Shown: piece by piece, positions 48,592 to 58,047 of the stretch
Layout of the letters: every line of letters starts with the position of its first letter
Position numbering within the stretch: the stretch's first letter is position 1
NCBI GenBank assembly: GCA_020630195.1
Contig: JAHDBV010000003.1
Location: 74,043-138,042 of the forward strand
DNA from: Acidimicrobiales bacterium
Lineage (GTDB): Bacteria; Actinomycetota; Acidimicrobiia; Acidimicrobiales; SZUA-35
Length of the DNA: 64,000 nucleotides
Reading direction: 5' to 3'
The notes under the pieces: model-generated
Databases searched by the model: none
Seen by the model: only the letters and a program-made list of their open reading frames with translations
What the model was told of the DNA's origin: nothing
Translations under genes and position numbers: made by a program

Positions 48592-49895
48592 CCGTTGAAG
48601 GCGCCGCGGTACTGCTCGAGCGCCGCCGCGTTGTCATCGAGGAACTGCTGCTCGTACTCGGCGAGCACCTCGAAGTAGATCTCGTCGCCGCCGCCGAAGC
48701 TGCCGAACACCGACCCACCGCACTCGGTGACGGCGGCGGCCAGGGCGAGCTCGGCCTCCTGGAGAGCGCCGAGGCGCTGCTTCTGGTCGTCGTTCAGCTC
48801 GGGCTGCACGTACTCGAAGGGATCGCCGCCCTCCTCGTCGGTCTCGGTCACACCACCGACGTCCTCGGCGATCTCGCCGCCTTCCTCGTCGAAGAACTGC
48901 TCGTCGAAGGCGCCCCAGACCTCGTCCTGGAGGGCGTTGAGGTCGTCCTCGAACAGGAGCCAGACATCGCCGTTCTCGGGCAGCGGCTGCTGGCCGGCGT
49001 CGATGAGGCAGGCGTCGACGGCCTGGCGTCGCTCCTCGATCCGGGGGTCGGCCTCGACCCGCTCGTAGATCTGCTCGAGCTGGTCGCCGAACTCCTCCTC
49101 GAACGAGACCATGGCCTCACCGCCACCGAACTCCGCGGCGAAGATCTCCTCCTGGGCCTCGGGGTAGCACCCGGTGGGCACGTAGTCCTCGAAGTAGGCG
49201 TCGATCTCCTCCTGCGTGGCGGTCTCGTCGAACTCGGGCTGCTCACCCCAGAGGGCGGCGTAGTAGGCCTCGATCTCGCCTTCGCTGAGCGACGACACGT
49301 AGACCTGGTTCGGGTCCTCGGTCTGCTGACCGTCGTCGGCCGGGAAGATGTCGTCGTCGGGATACCCGAGGAGGTCGGGGCCGACCTGGCTCTGGCCGAA
49401 CGCCATGGTGGTGATTCCGAAGCCCCAGGTGGCGGCCCACTCCTCGCTGCCCCAGTCGTCGTCGAGGCCACCGTCGAAGCCGATGAACTGTTCCGGATCC
49501 TCGGGGTAGTACTCGAAGCCCTGCGCCGTCATGCACTCGACGACCATCTGCTGGACCTGTCGCTCCATCTCGATGAACTGATCGTCGCTGTCCTCGTCGG
49601 GAGCGAACGAGGGGGCGCCCAGGAACGAGCCGATCGGCGACTCGTAGGTCTCCCACGACTCGCCGTCGCCGTCACCCGTGTCGGTGTCGTCGCCGGCCTC
49701 GACGGTCTCACCGTCGCCGGAGCCCTCGCCGTCGGCCTCGTCCTCGTCGCCGGAGTCCTCGGAGGTCTCGGCCCGGACGTCGTCGGCGGACTCGTCGCTC
49801 GCCGATTCGGACGCGGCGTCCGATCCACCACACGCGGCGGCGACCATCGCGATGGCCGCCAGCCACACCAACATCATTCGCCATCCCAGTCGCAT
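48588..49895 (-). CDS. highly acidic lipoprotein, first gene of the ABC operon
   Basis: Lipobox VAAAC; ECMTAQGFEY, GC, ACL motifs; GAGGAGG SD; ATGA overlap with next gene. Confidence 0.85.
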   Translation of the reverse strand: MRLGWRMMLVWLAAIAMVAAACGGSDAASESASDESADDVRAETSEDSGDEDEADGEGSGDGETVEAGDDTDTGDGDGESWETYESPIGSFLGAPSFAPDEDSDDQFIEMERQVQQMVVECMTAQGFEYYPEDPEQFIGFDGGLDDDWGSEEWAATWGFGITTMAFGQSQVGPDLLGYPDDDIFPADDGQQTEDPNQVYVSSLSEGEIEAYYAALWGEQPEFDETATQEEIDAYFEDYVPTGCYPEAQEEIFAAEFGGGEAMVSFEEEFGDQLEQIYERVEADPRIEERRQAVDACLIDAGQQPLPENGDVWLLFEDDLNALQDEVWGAFDEQFFDEEGGEIAEDVGGVTETDEEGGDPFEYVQPELNDDQKQRLGALQEAELALAAAVTECGGSVFGSFGGGDEIYFEVLAEYEQQFLDDNAAALEQYRGAFNG

Positions 49896-49940
49896 CTCTG
49901 CCTCCTCAGCCGTGCGAAGTCTCGCACGAGCCATGCCTCG

Positions 49941-49973
49941 AGTGTGTTCGATGAACCTGAGAACGAGCTGAAT
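49941..49973 (-). promoter_or_regulatory. -10 CACACT with upstream OmpR/MprA-like direct repeat
   Basis: Minus strand ATTCAG-N5-TCTCAG-N10-CACACT. Confidence 0.4.
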
Positions 49974-50000
49974 GCCCGCCGGGTTCCGACTACCCGGAGG

Positions 50001-51584
50001 TCAGTTCGGGCGGCCGACGGAGCGGACCGTGTCGATCGTGTCGGCGGTGTCGGCCGAGCGGTCGGGTCGATAGCCCTTCACCCGGGCGAAACGGAGTGCG
50101 ACCCCGCCCGGGTAGCGGGTGGAGCGCTGCACGCCGTCGACCGCGATCTCGACGACGAGTTCGGGCCGCACCATCACCACCCAGCCGTCGTCGGGGGTGC
50201 GCTGTGTGGAGTCGAGGGCGCGTGTGAGGAGTTGTTCGGTCTGCCAGGCAAGCAGTTCGTCGGTGAGGCCCTTGAAGGTCTTGCCGACCATGACGAACCT
50301 CGCCGGGTCGTCGGGGTCGCGGGCGCCGAGATGCAGGTTCGACAACGAGCCCGTCCGCCGGCCGTGACCCCATTCGGCGCCGAGCACCACGAGGTCGAGG
50401 GTGTGTACCGGCTTCACTTTCCGCCAGCCCTTGCCCCGGCGCCCGGCGTCGTAGGTGGTGGTGAGGTCCTTGACCATCACCCCCTCGTGGCCGGCGGCGA
50501 GGGTGTCGTCGGCGAAGCGCTCGGCGGTCGCGGGATCGTCGGTGACGATCGAGTGGATCCGATGTGGCCCCACCACGGCCTCGAGATGGCCGAGCCGATC
50601 GGCCAGTGGGAGGTCGATCAGGTCGTTGCCGTCGCGGTGGAGGATGTCGAAGAAGAACGGTCGCATGCCGCCGCCGTCGCCCCCGGGCCCGTCGCCGATG
50701 CCGCTCATCGTGTCCTGGAAGGCCCGGGGCCGACCGTCGGCATCGAGACCGAGCACCTCGCCGTCGAGCACCACGGCGCCACCGGGCAGGCCGGCCACGA
50801 CCGCGGCCGCCTCCGGGAGGCGGTCGGTGATGTCGTTGAGGTTGCGGGTGTACAGGGTGACCTCGCCGTCGGCGGTCCGGTGGGCCTGGATCCGGGCACC
50901 GTCGAGCTTCTGTTCCACCGACGCCGGGCCGGTGGCGGCGAGCGCTTCGGCGACGTCGCCCGCCGTGGCGGCGAGCATGGGCTGGACCGCCCGCCCGACC
51001 CGCAGACCGATCGCCTCCAGTCCGGGTCGCCCCTCGACGGCACCGATCGCGGCGGTCATGGCGAGGTCGCCCTGGAGCATGAGTGCCCGTCGGACGACGG
51101 TCTTCGGGACGCCGAGGGTGACGGCCACGGCGTCGGCCACGAGCGACTCGAGTGCTCCGTGTCCCGGGTCGCCGAGCAGGATCGAACCGAGCACGTCGCG
51201 GGCGGCGGGCGCCATGCGGGCCATCACGTCGCCGACCAACTCGATCCGTCGGATGGTGCTCCCGGGGCCGGCGGTGTGGAGGAGCTGCGTGAGGAGCTCG
51301 TCGACGTCGACGACGGTGACGGTCGGCCCGGTCGCGTCGGGGCGCCCGGCGAGACGTTCGTGGACGGAGCGCAGCGTCGACCAACCGACACCGACCTTGC
51401 CCTGCCGGGGTTCGCCCGCGAGGAGCGCGGCGGCCGGACCGATCTCGCGGGCGGTGCATCGACCGAGGACCTCCGCGAGCACCGCGACCTTCTCGTTGCG
51501 GGCCCGGGTCGCCCCGATCCGGCTGGAGGCCGCCGCGATGGCATCGAAGGCCAGCGGGCCGTCGGTGGGTTCGGCGTCGGTCAT
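50001..51584 (-). CDS. ligB: ATP-dependent DNA ligase
   Basis: PMLA, EQKLDGARIQ, VLDGE, FFDIL, EGVMVK, WRKVK, ALRFARV. Confidence 0.93.
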   Translation of the reverse strand: MTDAEPTDGPLAFDAIAAASSRIGATRARNEKVAVLAEVLGRCTAREIGPAAALLAGEPRQGKVGVGWSTLRSVHERLAGRPDATGPTVTVVDVDELLTQLLHTAGPGSTIRRIELVGDVMARMAPAARDVLGSILLGDPGHGALESLVADAVAVTLGVPKTVVRRALMLQGDLAMTAAIGAVEGRPGLEAIGLRVGRAVQPMLAATAGDVAEALAATGPASVEQKLDGARIQAHRTADGEVTLYTRNLNDITDRLPEAAAVVAGLPGGAVVLDGEVLGLDADGRPRAFQDTMSGIGDGPGGDGGGMRPFFFDILHRDGNDLIDLPLADRLGHLEAVVGPHRIHSIVTDDPATAERFADDTLAAGHEGVMVKDLTTTYDAGRRGKGWRKVKPVHTLDLVVLGAEWGHGRRTGSLSNLHLGARDPDDPARFVMVGKTFKGLTDELLAWQTEQLLTRALDSTQRTPDDGWVVMVRPELVVEIAVDGVQRSTRYPGGVALRFARVKGYRPDRSADTADTIDTVRSVGRPN

Positions 51585-51723
51585 GGCCACAGTCTCGCAC
51601 GATGTCGGACCTTCGTCCTGACTGCGCTCATTTACGCTCGAACGCGTTGACGGCGGCTGATGTCGGTGATTGGGTGGTGTTCATCACGGATCAGGGCGGT
51701 TGAGCCCGAACGACAGGAGATGA

Positions 51724-52221
51724 ATGACGATGACGATGCTCGGAGCGCAGCTCGACGATCTCGATGGCCTGGCCCAGCGCCTGCGGATCACCGCCGGTGA
51801 CATCGGGACGGCCCAGGGCGATGCCCGGACGACGACCACCACCGTCGTCGGCTCGGTGCGGGAATCGGCCGGGGCGGCACGGATGACGATCGAGACGGCC
51901 ATGCAGACGTTGTTGGCCTCGGTCGCCGGTTCGGCCCGCACGGCCGAGGCGGCCAACTGGACCGGGCAGAACCAGGCGGCGTTTCTCGGCCACCACGCCG
52001 ACTTCAGCGCCGCCATGGATCGTGCCGGCGCGGCCACGAACGACGCGTTCGGGCGCTTCGCCGACGCCATCGAGCAGATGTCGGCCGCGCTCGAGGAGTA
52101 CGAGGTCTCGCTCGCCGCCTCCTTGACCGATGCGACGGCCTCGGCCGAGTCGATGGCCGGCGCGGTGGATGCACAGCGGGCCAACCTCGACCTGGTGATG
52201 AACACCGGGCTCGCCGGCTGA
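51724..52221 (+). CDS. extended WXG100-like helical hairpin protein
   Basis: MLGAQLDDLDGLAQRL N-terminus; central NWTGQNQAAF; all-helical; CAGGAG SD. Confidence 0.7.
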   Translation: MTMTMLGAQLDDLDGLAQRLRITAGDIGTAQGDARTTTTTVVGSVRESAGAARMTIETAMQTLLASVAGSARTAEAANWTGQNQAAFLGHHADFSAAMDRAGAATNDAFGRFADAIEQMSAALEEYEVSLAASLTDATASAESMAGAVDAQRANLDLVMNTGLAG

Positions 52222-52248
52222 CCCCGGTGACGGGTGAGGGAGCGGGAC

Positions 52249-52641
52249 ATGCCGACCGCCGATCGGTACCTGACGTTGGCCGAGGGATTGGAGCTCGCCG
52301 CCGAGACGCTCGACGATCTGTGTGCGCCGCTCGCCGAGGTCGGTGACCCGCTCGTCCTCGCCGGTGGTGTGCTGCGGGACGAACTCGTGCAGCGGGTCGA
52401 CGACGATCACGGCTGGTGTGTTCGTGATGCGTCGTTGCTTCGGGACGCGGCCGCGGTGTGTCGGGATCGCGTCGTCGAGATCGCCCGGTTGGAGGTGGCC
52501 TGGGACGACCACGCCGCCGCAATGGCCCGCTATCGGCGCGGTGTCGACCTGTTCGACCGGGGTGTGCCCGGTGCGCCGCCTTCTCGTCCGGTCCGCCCGG
52601 CTCCGCCGCCGAACGTTCCGGTCTGGGCGGTGCTCACGTGA
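52249..52641 (+). CDS. small helical protein with Pro-rich tail (putative type VII substrate partner)
   Basis: GAGGGAG SD; helix-turn(LAGG)-helix; PPSRPVRPAPPP..W tail; GTGA overlap with next gene. Confidence 0.7.
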   Translation: MPTADRYLTLAEGLELAAETLDDLCAPLAEVGDPLVLAGGVLRDELVQRVDDDHGWCVRDASLLRDAAAVCRDRVVEIARLEVAWDDHAAAMARYRRGVDLFDRGVPGAPPSRPVRPAPPPNVPVWAVLT

Positions 52642-54518
52642 GCGGCTACGTCGGGTTCGACCCGGTTGCCGTCGCCCGGGTCGTCGGCTCGTTCCGCTCC
52701 GGCGCCGATGTCGCCGATGCGCTGGGCCGACAGGTCGCCAGCCTGCTCGACGAGGCCGTGCTCAGCGACGCCGTCAGTGCACCCGCCTACGCACGGGCCG
52801 ACGACTGGCGTCTGCTGGCCGCCGTGCTCGAGACCCGGATCGACCACGCGGAGGCCTTCGCGCTCTCGGCCGACCCACGGGTTCGCGACCTCGGCGCCCT
52901 CCAGCGGCGGCTGGATGGCTGGACCGGTGGCGACAACGACCCCCGACTCGACCGCCTGGTCGCCGATCGCCGCCGCGCCGTCGCCGACCTGCTCGACACC
53001 CGGGCCATCGACCCGACGCACACCCGTCGGGTCCTCGATCTCCTCGATGCCGGCGTGCCGGCCGCTGCCGCCCTCGCGGCGGTCGACCGCGTCGTGCGCA
53101 TCGAGGCCACCGCGGCGGCCCTGGCTCTGCCCCCGGCCGGGGCCGCCGCCCTCGTCGACCGACTCGACGCCACCTCGGAGGCACTCGTCGACGACGGGTT
53201 CGACGTCGTCGAGGCGACCGGCCTCGCCGCATTGCTGCACCTCACCGACGGCGACCTCACCACGGCACAGGCCGACGCCGACCGATTCGGGCTGGATCTC
53301 GCGACGGCCATCGCCATCCGGCCGATGGCCGAGGCGCTTCGCCTCGAGCTCGACGAGGTCGTGGCGCTGCGCGGCCTCACCGTGCACTTCGAGACCCTCG
53401 ACGCGGCCCGCGGCGGTGACGGCGATCTCCGGGTCTCACTCGCCGATCTCCGGTTCGTGACCGCCCACCCCGACCGCTTCAGCCCCGCCGAGGTGGAAGC
53501 GGCTCGCCGACTGCTCGACGAACCCGCCCTGCTCACCTCCCTGGACACGGGCGCGACCCACGACGACCTGTTCGAGCCGGGTCGCTTCGGCGCCACCGAC
53601 GCCGACGACGGCCTGATCTCACTCGCCGATGTGGAGGCCTTCGTGGTGCGAGCCGAGCTGGCGGCACGCCTGGCACCCCACCTCGACGCGCTCGACAACG
53701 CCGGGTTCGGCGACGCCGCCGACGGGTTCGTCTCCCGGCGGGACCTCACCGCCGCTCTGGAAGACCCGTCGTTCCCCGTCGAGGCGCGGACGGCCATCGC
53801 GACGGCGTTGGAGCGTGAGTGGTTCGACCGCACGTGGTGGGAGGAGCATCGCAACAGCCTCGCCGTGGTCAGCGCCGTGCTCGCCGGTGGGGCGATCCTG
53901 ATCCTGACCGGCGGACTGGCGGCACCTCTCGTCGTGTCGTTCACGGCGGGATTCGGTGCGGCGGCCGGCACGACGGTGCTCGTGAACACCTTGGGGGGTG
54001 ATGCCGAGCGGACCCTCGACGGCGCCTTCGCGAACGGGGTCTCGGGTGGTCTCATCACGATGTCGGTCGTCGGGCTCGGTGCGGTGTCGGCCGGGACCGG
54101 CACGGGGGCGACGTCGGGCGGGGCCGGTTCGACGGCGGCGCGGGAGGCGAAGACCGTGGCGGGGCACTGGGAACTCGGCGCCGGCATCGTCGAGGCCTCC
54201 GCCGACCTCAGCGGCGCCGATGACGTCGCCGCTGTCGCCGACACGGTCGGCACGGTCGCGGGCACGGTCGGCATGGTCGCCTCGGTCGACATCGCCGCCG
54301 ATCACCTCGACGACCTCGCGTGGGCGATCGCGGAGGACGGGCTCACACCCGACGACTGGCGGCCGGCGGCCACCGTCGGCCGGGATCTGCACTCGCTCCA
54401 CGGCGACCTCGAGGCCCTGGGTGACGCGGCCGGTCCCGGCGAACGCGCCGGCGATCCCCGGACCCCTCTCCGACGACTCGCCGACCCGGTGGTGGACGAC
54501 TGGTTCGAGGCCGGCTGA
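52638..54518 (+). CDS. putative type VII-secreted effector with EF-hand-like repeats and hydrophobic hairpin
   Basis: SGYVGFDPVAV N-terminus; DGDLRVSLADL, DDGLISLADV, ADGFVSRRDL; LAVVSAVLAGGAILILTGGLAAPLV. Confidence 0.65.
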   Translation: MSGYVGFDPVAVARVVGSFRSGADVADALGRQVASLLDEAVLSDAVSAPAYARADDWRLLAAVLETRIDHAEAFALSADPRVRDLGALQRRLDGWTGGDNDPRLDRLVADRRRAVADLLDTRAIDPTHTRRVLDLLDAGVPAAAALAAVDRVVRIEATAAALALPPAGAAALVDRLDATSEALVDDGFDVVEATGLAALLHLTDGDLTTAQADADRFGLDLATAIAIRPMAEALRLELDEVVALRGLTVHFETLDAARGGDGDLRVSLADLRFVTAHPDRFSPAEVEAARRLLDEPALLTSLDTGATHDDLFEPGRFGATDADDGLISLADVEAFVVRAELAARLAPHLDALDNAGFGDAADGFVSRRDLTAALEDPSFPVEARTAIATALEREWFDRTWWEEHRNSLAVVSAVLAGGAILILTGGLAAPLVVSFTAGFGAAAGTTVLVNTLGGDAERTLDGAFANGVSGGLITMSVVGLGAVSAGTGTGATSGGAGSTAAREAKTVAGHWELGAGIVEASADLSGADDVAAVADTVGTVAGTVGMVASVDIAADHLDDLAWAIAEDGLTPDDWRPAATVGRDLHSLHGDLEALGDAAGPGERAGDPRTPLRRLADPVVDDWFEAG

Positions 54519-54560
54519 CCGGTTCGAGGCCCTCGACCGTTCCGGCCTAGGTTCGGGCTC

Positions 54561-55652
54561 GTGATCACCACCGACGAACGGCTCGATGCCGACGCTCTCG
54601 CCGAACTCGGCTGGGAACTCAAACCGGAGGGCCTCTGCCGCGACGAGCAGTGTGTGCCCCTGCCGGCCGATGCCGACACGAGCGACGGTCGGGTCGACAC
54701 CGGACTCGTCGCCGAGCGGCTGCGTCGTCCCATGGCCCTCGACACGGCCACCGGTCTGCGGGCGCTCGGCCCCGAGACCGACGGCGGTGTCCTGCCCTCG
54801 GCGACCCTGCCCGACCTCGAGCTGACCGACGTCGACGGCAATCCGTTCTCGCTCCAGGCTCTCCACGGGCGCCGGACACTGTTGGTGGCGTGGGCCTCCT
54901 GGTGAGGCTGCCGGGAGAGCCTGCCCGGGTGGCAGGCATTACACGAAGAGATCAGCCCCCTCGGTGTCGACGTCGTCACGATCTCGCTCGACCTCGACCC
55001 TGAGGCGGCACGTCCGTTCATCGACGCGGCGTCGCCGACCCATCGATCGCTGATCGACAGCCGGCACGCCACGACCGTGGCTCTCGGGTTCACGAACGTG
55101 CCGATGGCGTTGTGGGTCGACGCGGACGGCACGTTCGTCCGGCCGCCGGAGTCCGCCTCCATCGAACGCTCGGGGCTCGCCGACATGGAGATCAGCGACG
55201 AGTGGCCGGAGCGACTCGCGGCGCAGCTGCGCCTGGCCCAGTCGATCCCGTCCGACCCCGAGACCTACCGGGCGGCCATCGTCGACTGGGCCCGCCACGG
55301 TGCCGAGAGCCGGTTCGTGATGACCCCGGATCAGGTGGCCGCGGGTGCCGGCGGTCGGACCGCCGAGGAGGCGGAGGCCGCGGCGGCCTTCGAGCTCGGT
55401 CGGGCGTTGTTCGACCGGGCCGGTGGGGGACACGACGGGGTGCTCGCGGCGCGGGACTGGTGGCAGCGGGCCCACGATCTCGACCCGGACAACTGGACCT
55501 ACAAACGCCAGGCCTGGACGCTCGTGACCACGCCCGAGGGGCAGCCGTCGGATCTGATGCAGGGCCCGAACGACGTGTTCACGGGGAACTGGCTCGACGA
55601 CGTGACCGCCAACGGTGGTGGTCCGGCCTACGTGATCACGCACGACCTCTGA
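54561..55652 (+). CDS. selenocysteine-containing ResA/TlpA-like redoxin (WAxxUGC motif) with C-terminal TPR-like region
   Basis: Same-frame ORFs joined by TGA at 54903-54905: LLVAWASW-U-GCRESLPGWQALH...VVTISLD...NVP; hairpin just downstream. Confidence 0.88.
54919..54937 (+). promoter_or_regulatory. bacterial SECIS-like hairpin
   Basis: GCCTGCC-CGGGT-GGCAGGC perfect 7-bp stem starting 13 nt after the UGA. Confidence 0.7.
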
Positions 55653-55668
55653 GAATCCGGAGAACTCC

Positions 55669-56340
55669 ATGACCCAGATCGACGGCGCTCGTGCGCTCGT
55701 GCTCGGTGGATCCGGTGGCCTCGGCTCCCGGATCGCCTCCCGTCTCGTGGCCGGTGGCGCCACCGTCACCGTGGTCGGACGCGACGCCGCCCGTCTCGGC
55801 GCCGTCGCCGGTGCGCGATCCGTCGAAGCCGACCTGCGCGACCCGGCGGCGGTGTCGTCGGTGGTCGCCGCAGCCGCCGCCGACGGTCCGCTCGACGTCG
55901 TGGTCAACGCCACCGGCGTCGTCGCGTTCGGGCCCGTCGCCGAACTCAGTCCCGGCGTCGCCGAGGAGCTCTTCCTCACCAACGCCTTCATCCCGGTGTT
56001 CGCCGCCACCGCCGCCATGCCACACCTCGCGCCGGGCAGCGTCTTTGTCACGATCTCCGGCGTGATCGCCGAACAGAACCTGCCCGGTATGGCCGCCTAC
56101 GGCGCGTCGAAGGCCGCCGGGCGGTCGTTCGGCGAGGGCTTCGCACGGGAGGCCCGTCGGGCGAAGGTCCGGGTGCTCGACGCCCGCCCCGGCCACACCG
56201 AGACCGGGCTCGCCGATCGAGCGATCGCCGGCACGGCACCGGACTTCCCGGCTGGGCTCGCCGCCGACCACGTCGCTGATGTCATCGTCGCCGCCATCGG
56301 GGACGACAAGGTGAAGGACCTGCCCTCCACCGCCTTCTGA
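55669..56340 (+). CDS. SDR family oxidoreductase
   Basis: GGSGGLG, VVNATG, YGASK. Confidence 0.9.
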   Translation: MTQIDGARALVLGGSGGLGSRIASRLVAGGATVTVVGRDAARLGAVAGARSVEADLRDPAAVSSVVAAAAADGPLDVVVNATGVVAFGPVAELSPGVAEELFLTNAFIPVFAATAAMPHLAPGSVFVTISGVIAEQNLPGMAAYGASKAAGRSFGEGFAREARRAKVRVLDARPGHTETGLADRAIAGTAPDFPAGLAADHVADVIVAAIGDDKVKDLPSTAF

Positions 56341-56343
56341 GGC

Positions 56344-57399
56344 TCAGCCCTCGGGCAGGTCGGGGCCGATCGGGCGCCCGTCGACCACCTGGTCGAGATA
56401 CTCCGACATGCCCATCCCCACCCGACCGTCGCAGGTGTAGCGGGTCATGCCCTCGGTGATCCTCGTGACGAGTTGCTCACCGCCGGGTGTGGTGCGGCGG
56501 TTGCGCAGCGGGATCAACGACAGGACCTCACCGGAGACCTCGTAGGTCCGTTCGTCCGTCGTGGCGATGGCGCTCAGGCCGGTCTGGTTGCCGGCGTCGT
56601 CCCACGTCGAGGTCAGCTGCACGTCGCGGATCCGGTGGTAACGCCCACCGTCGAGCACCATGCCCGACCGCCGCGGCTCACCATCGGGCCGGGCGACGAT
56701 CGACAACATCATGGCGAAGTCGTCGCCGAACGACATCGGCAGCCAGCGGTACCACGAGAGGGCCTGCCAGAACCGTGGCCCCCACGACTTGTCCCGGAGT
56801 CCGAAGCCGTCGATCTCCATCACGACCGGCCCCTCCGGCGCGTCGATCGTCACGGACCCGACGGTGCGGGTGTGCTGCTCGTAGTGGGCCTTCGCGAACG
56901 AGGTCTCGGCGTCGGTCTCGATCTCGGACCCATCCGCCCGGACCGGCCGGCCGCCCCACATCGGCGACGCCCCGTACACGTCGAGGGCGACCGTGCACGC
57001 CACCCGGGGGTTCTCGGCGAAGGCCGTGCGGGGGTCGGCCATGGCGGCGGGATCGTCGAGCAGGGTGATGCGGCCCTCGTAGGAGACCCGGAGGTGTTCG
57101 AACGGTTCGACGACCTCGATGTGGAGCCCGCCGGCGCGCATCTCGTCGTTGGTCTCGATGGCCGGGCGTTTGTAGGTGAACCCGACGCGGCCGTCGGCGA
57201 GATACAGACAGACCGTCAACTCGGCATAGCCCTCGTGCACCCGGTTGCCGAGCCGGAACCAGCCGCCGTGGCCGCGCTCGACGTCGAACGCGTTCAGGTA
57301 CATCGATTCGTTGTAGTTCGAGGCGGCGTCGGGCTCGTGGGTGTACTCGTCGCCCGGTTCGAGCACGATCCGGATGTCATCGGCGTTCTGGTCGGCCAT
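56344..57399 (-). CDS. conserved actinobacterial beta-barrel protein (tocopherol cyclase/AttH-like fold suspected)
   Basis: YNESMY, HYEQ, GLRDKSWGPRFW, GMSEYL. Confidence 0.75.
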   Translation of the reverse strand: MADQNADDIRIVLEPGDEYTHEPDAASNYNESMYLNAFDVERGHGGWFRLGNRVHEGYAELTVCLYLADGRVGFTYKRPAIETNDEMRAGGLHIEVVEPFEHLRVSYEGRITLLDDPAAMADPRTAFAENPRVACTVALDVYGASPMWGGRPVRADGSEIETDAETSFAKAHYEQHTRTVGSVTIDAPEGPVVMEIDGFGLRDKSWGPRFWQALSWYRWLPMSFGDDFAMMLSIVARPDGEPRRSGMVLDGGRYHRIRDVQLTSTWDDAGNQTGLSAIATTDERTYEVSGEVLSLIPLRNRRTTPGGEQLVTRITEGMTRYTCDGRVGMGMSEYLDQVVDGRPIGPDLPEG

Positions 57400-57477
57400 C
57401 TCCCGAACGTAGGTGCCGGTGATGACCGACCGGAAACTCGGGTGCGCTCGGGCGATCCCGATGCGAGGGTGATCACC

Positions 57478-57936
57478 ATGGTGGATGGAGACCGTTCGTT
57501 GCCCTGGTTCTGGTCGCTCGGCTCCGCGGTCGCGCACGTGATCTTCGGACTCGGTGTGCTCTCGACGTTGTGGACCTCACACCTCCGGTCGTTCGATGCC
57601 CTGTCGCTGCGCCCGACCGACGACTTCGCCCGCGCCGTCGAGGACAGCCGGCCGGTGCTCACCATCGTGATGATGGTCGGCGTGACGGCGCTCGGGATCG
57701 TGGCCGGGGCCCGGATGGCCCGGGGCGACTGGAAGATCCCCGCCGCCCGCCTCGCACTGCTCGCCGTCGCGCCGGTGATCGTGGAGCTCACCGCTGTCGG
57801 CGTGCAGGACGGGTCGCCGAACGACCTCGATCTCGTGCCCACACACACCCTCGTCATGCTCGCCGTGCTGGTGCTGGGTGTGCTCGGATCGATCGTCGAC
57901 GACGTCATCCGGTTGCGTCGGCCCGTCGAGGCCTGA
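57478..57936 (+). CDS. four-TM membrane protein
   Basis: Four hydrophobic segments; start uncertain. Confidence 0.6.
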   Translation: MVDGDRSLPWFWSLGSAVAHVIFGLGVLSTLWTSHLRSFDALSLRPTDDFARAVEDSRPVLTIVMMVGVTALGIVAGARMARGDWKIPAARLALLAVAPVIVELTAVGVQDGSPNDLDLVPTHTLVMLAVLVLGVLGSIVDDVIRLRRPVEA

Positions 57937-58047
57937 ACCCACCCGGTTGGGCGATCCCCCACCCGGCGATGACCCGGGCGGTCGTGACGACGTAGGATCA
58001 GGAGTGCACCCGTTCGTCTCGTCCGGGTCCGTCTCCCAGGAGTTCAG

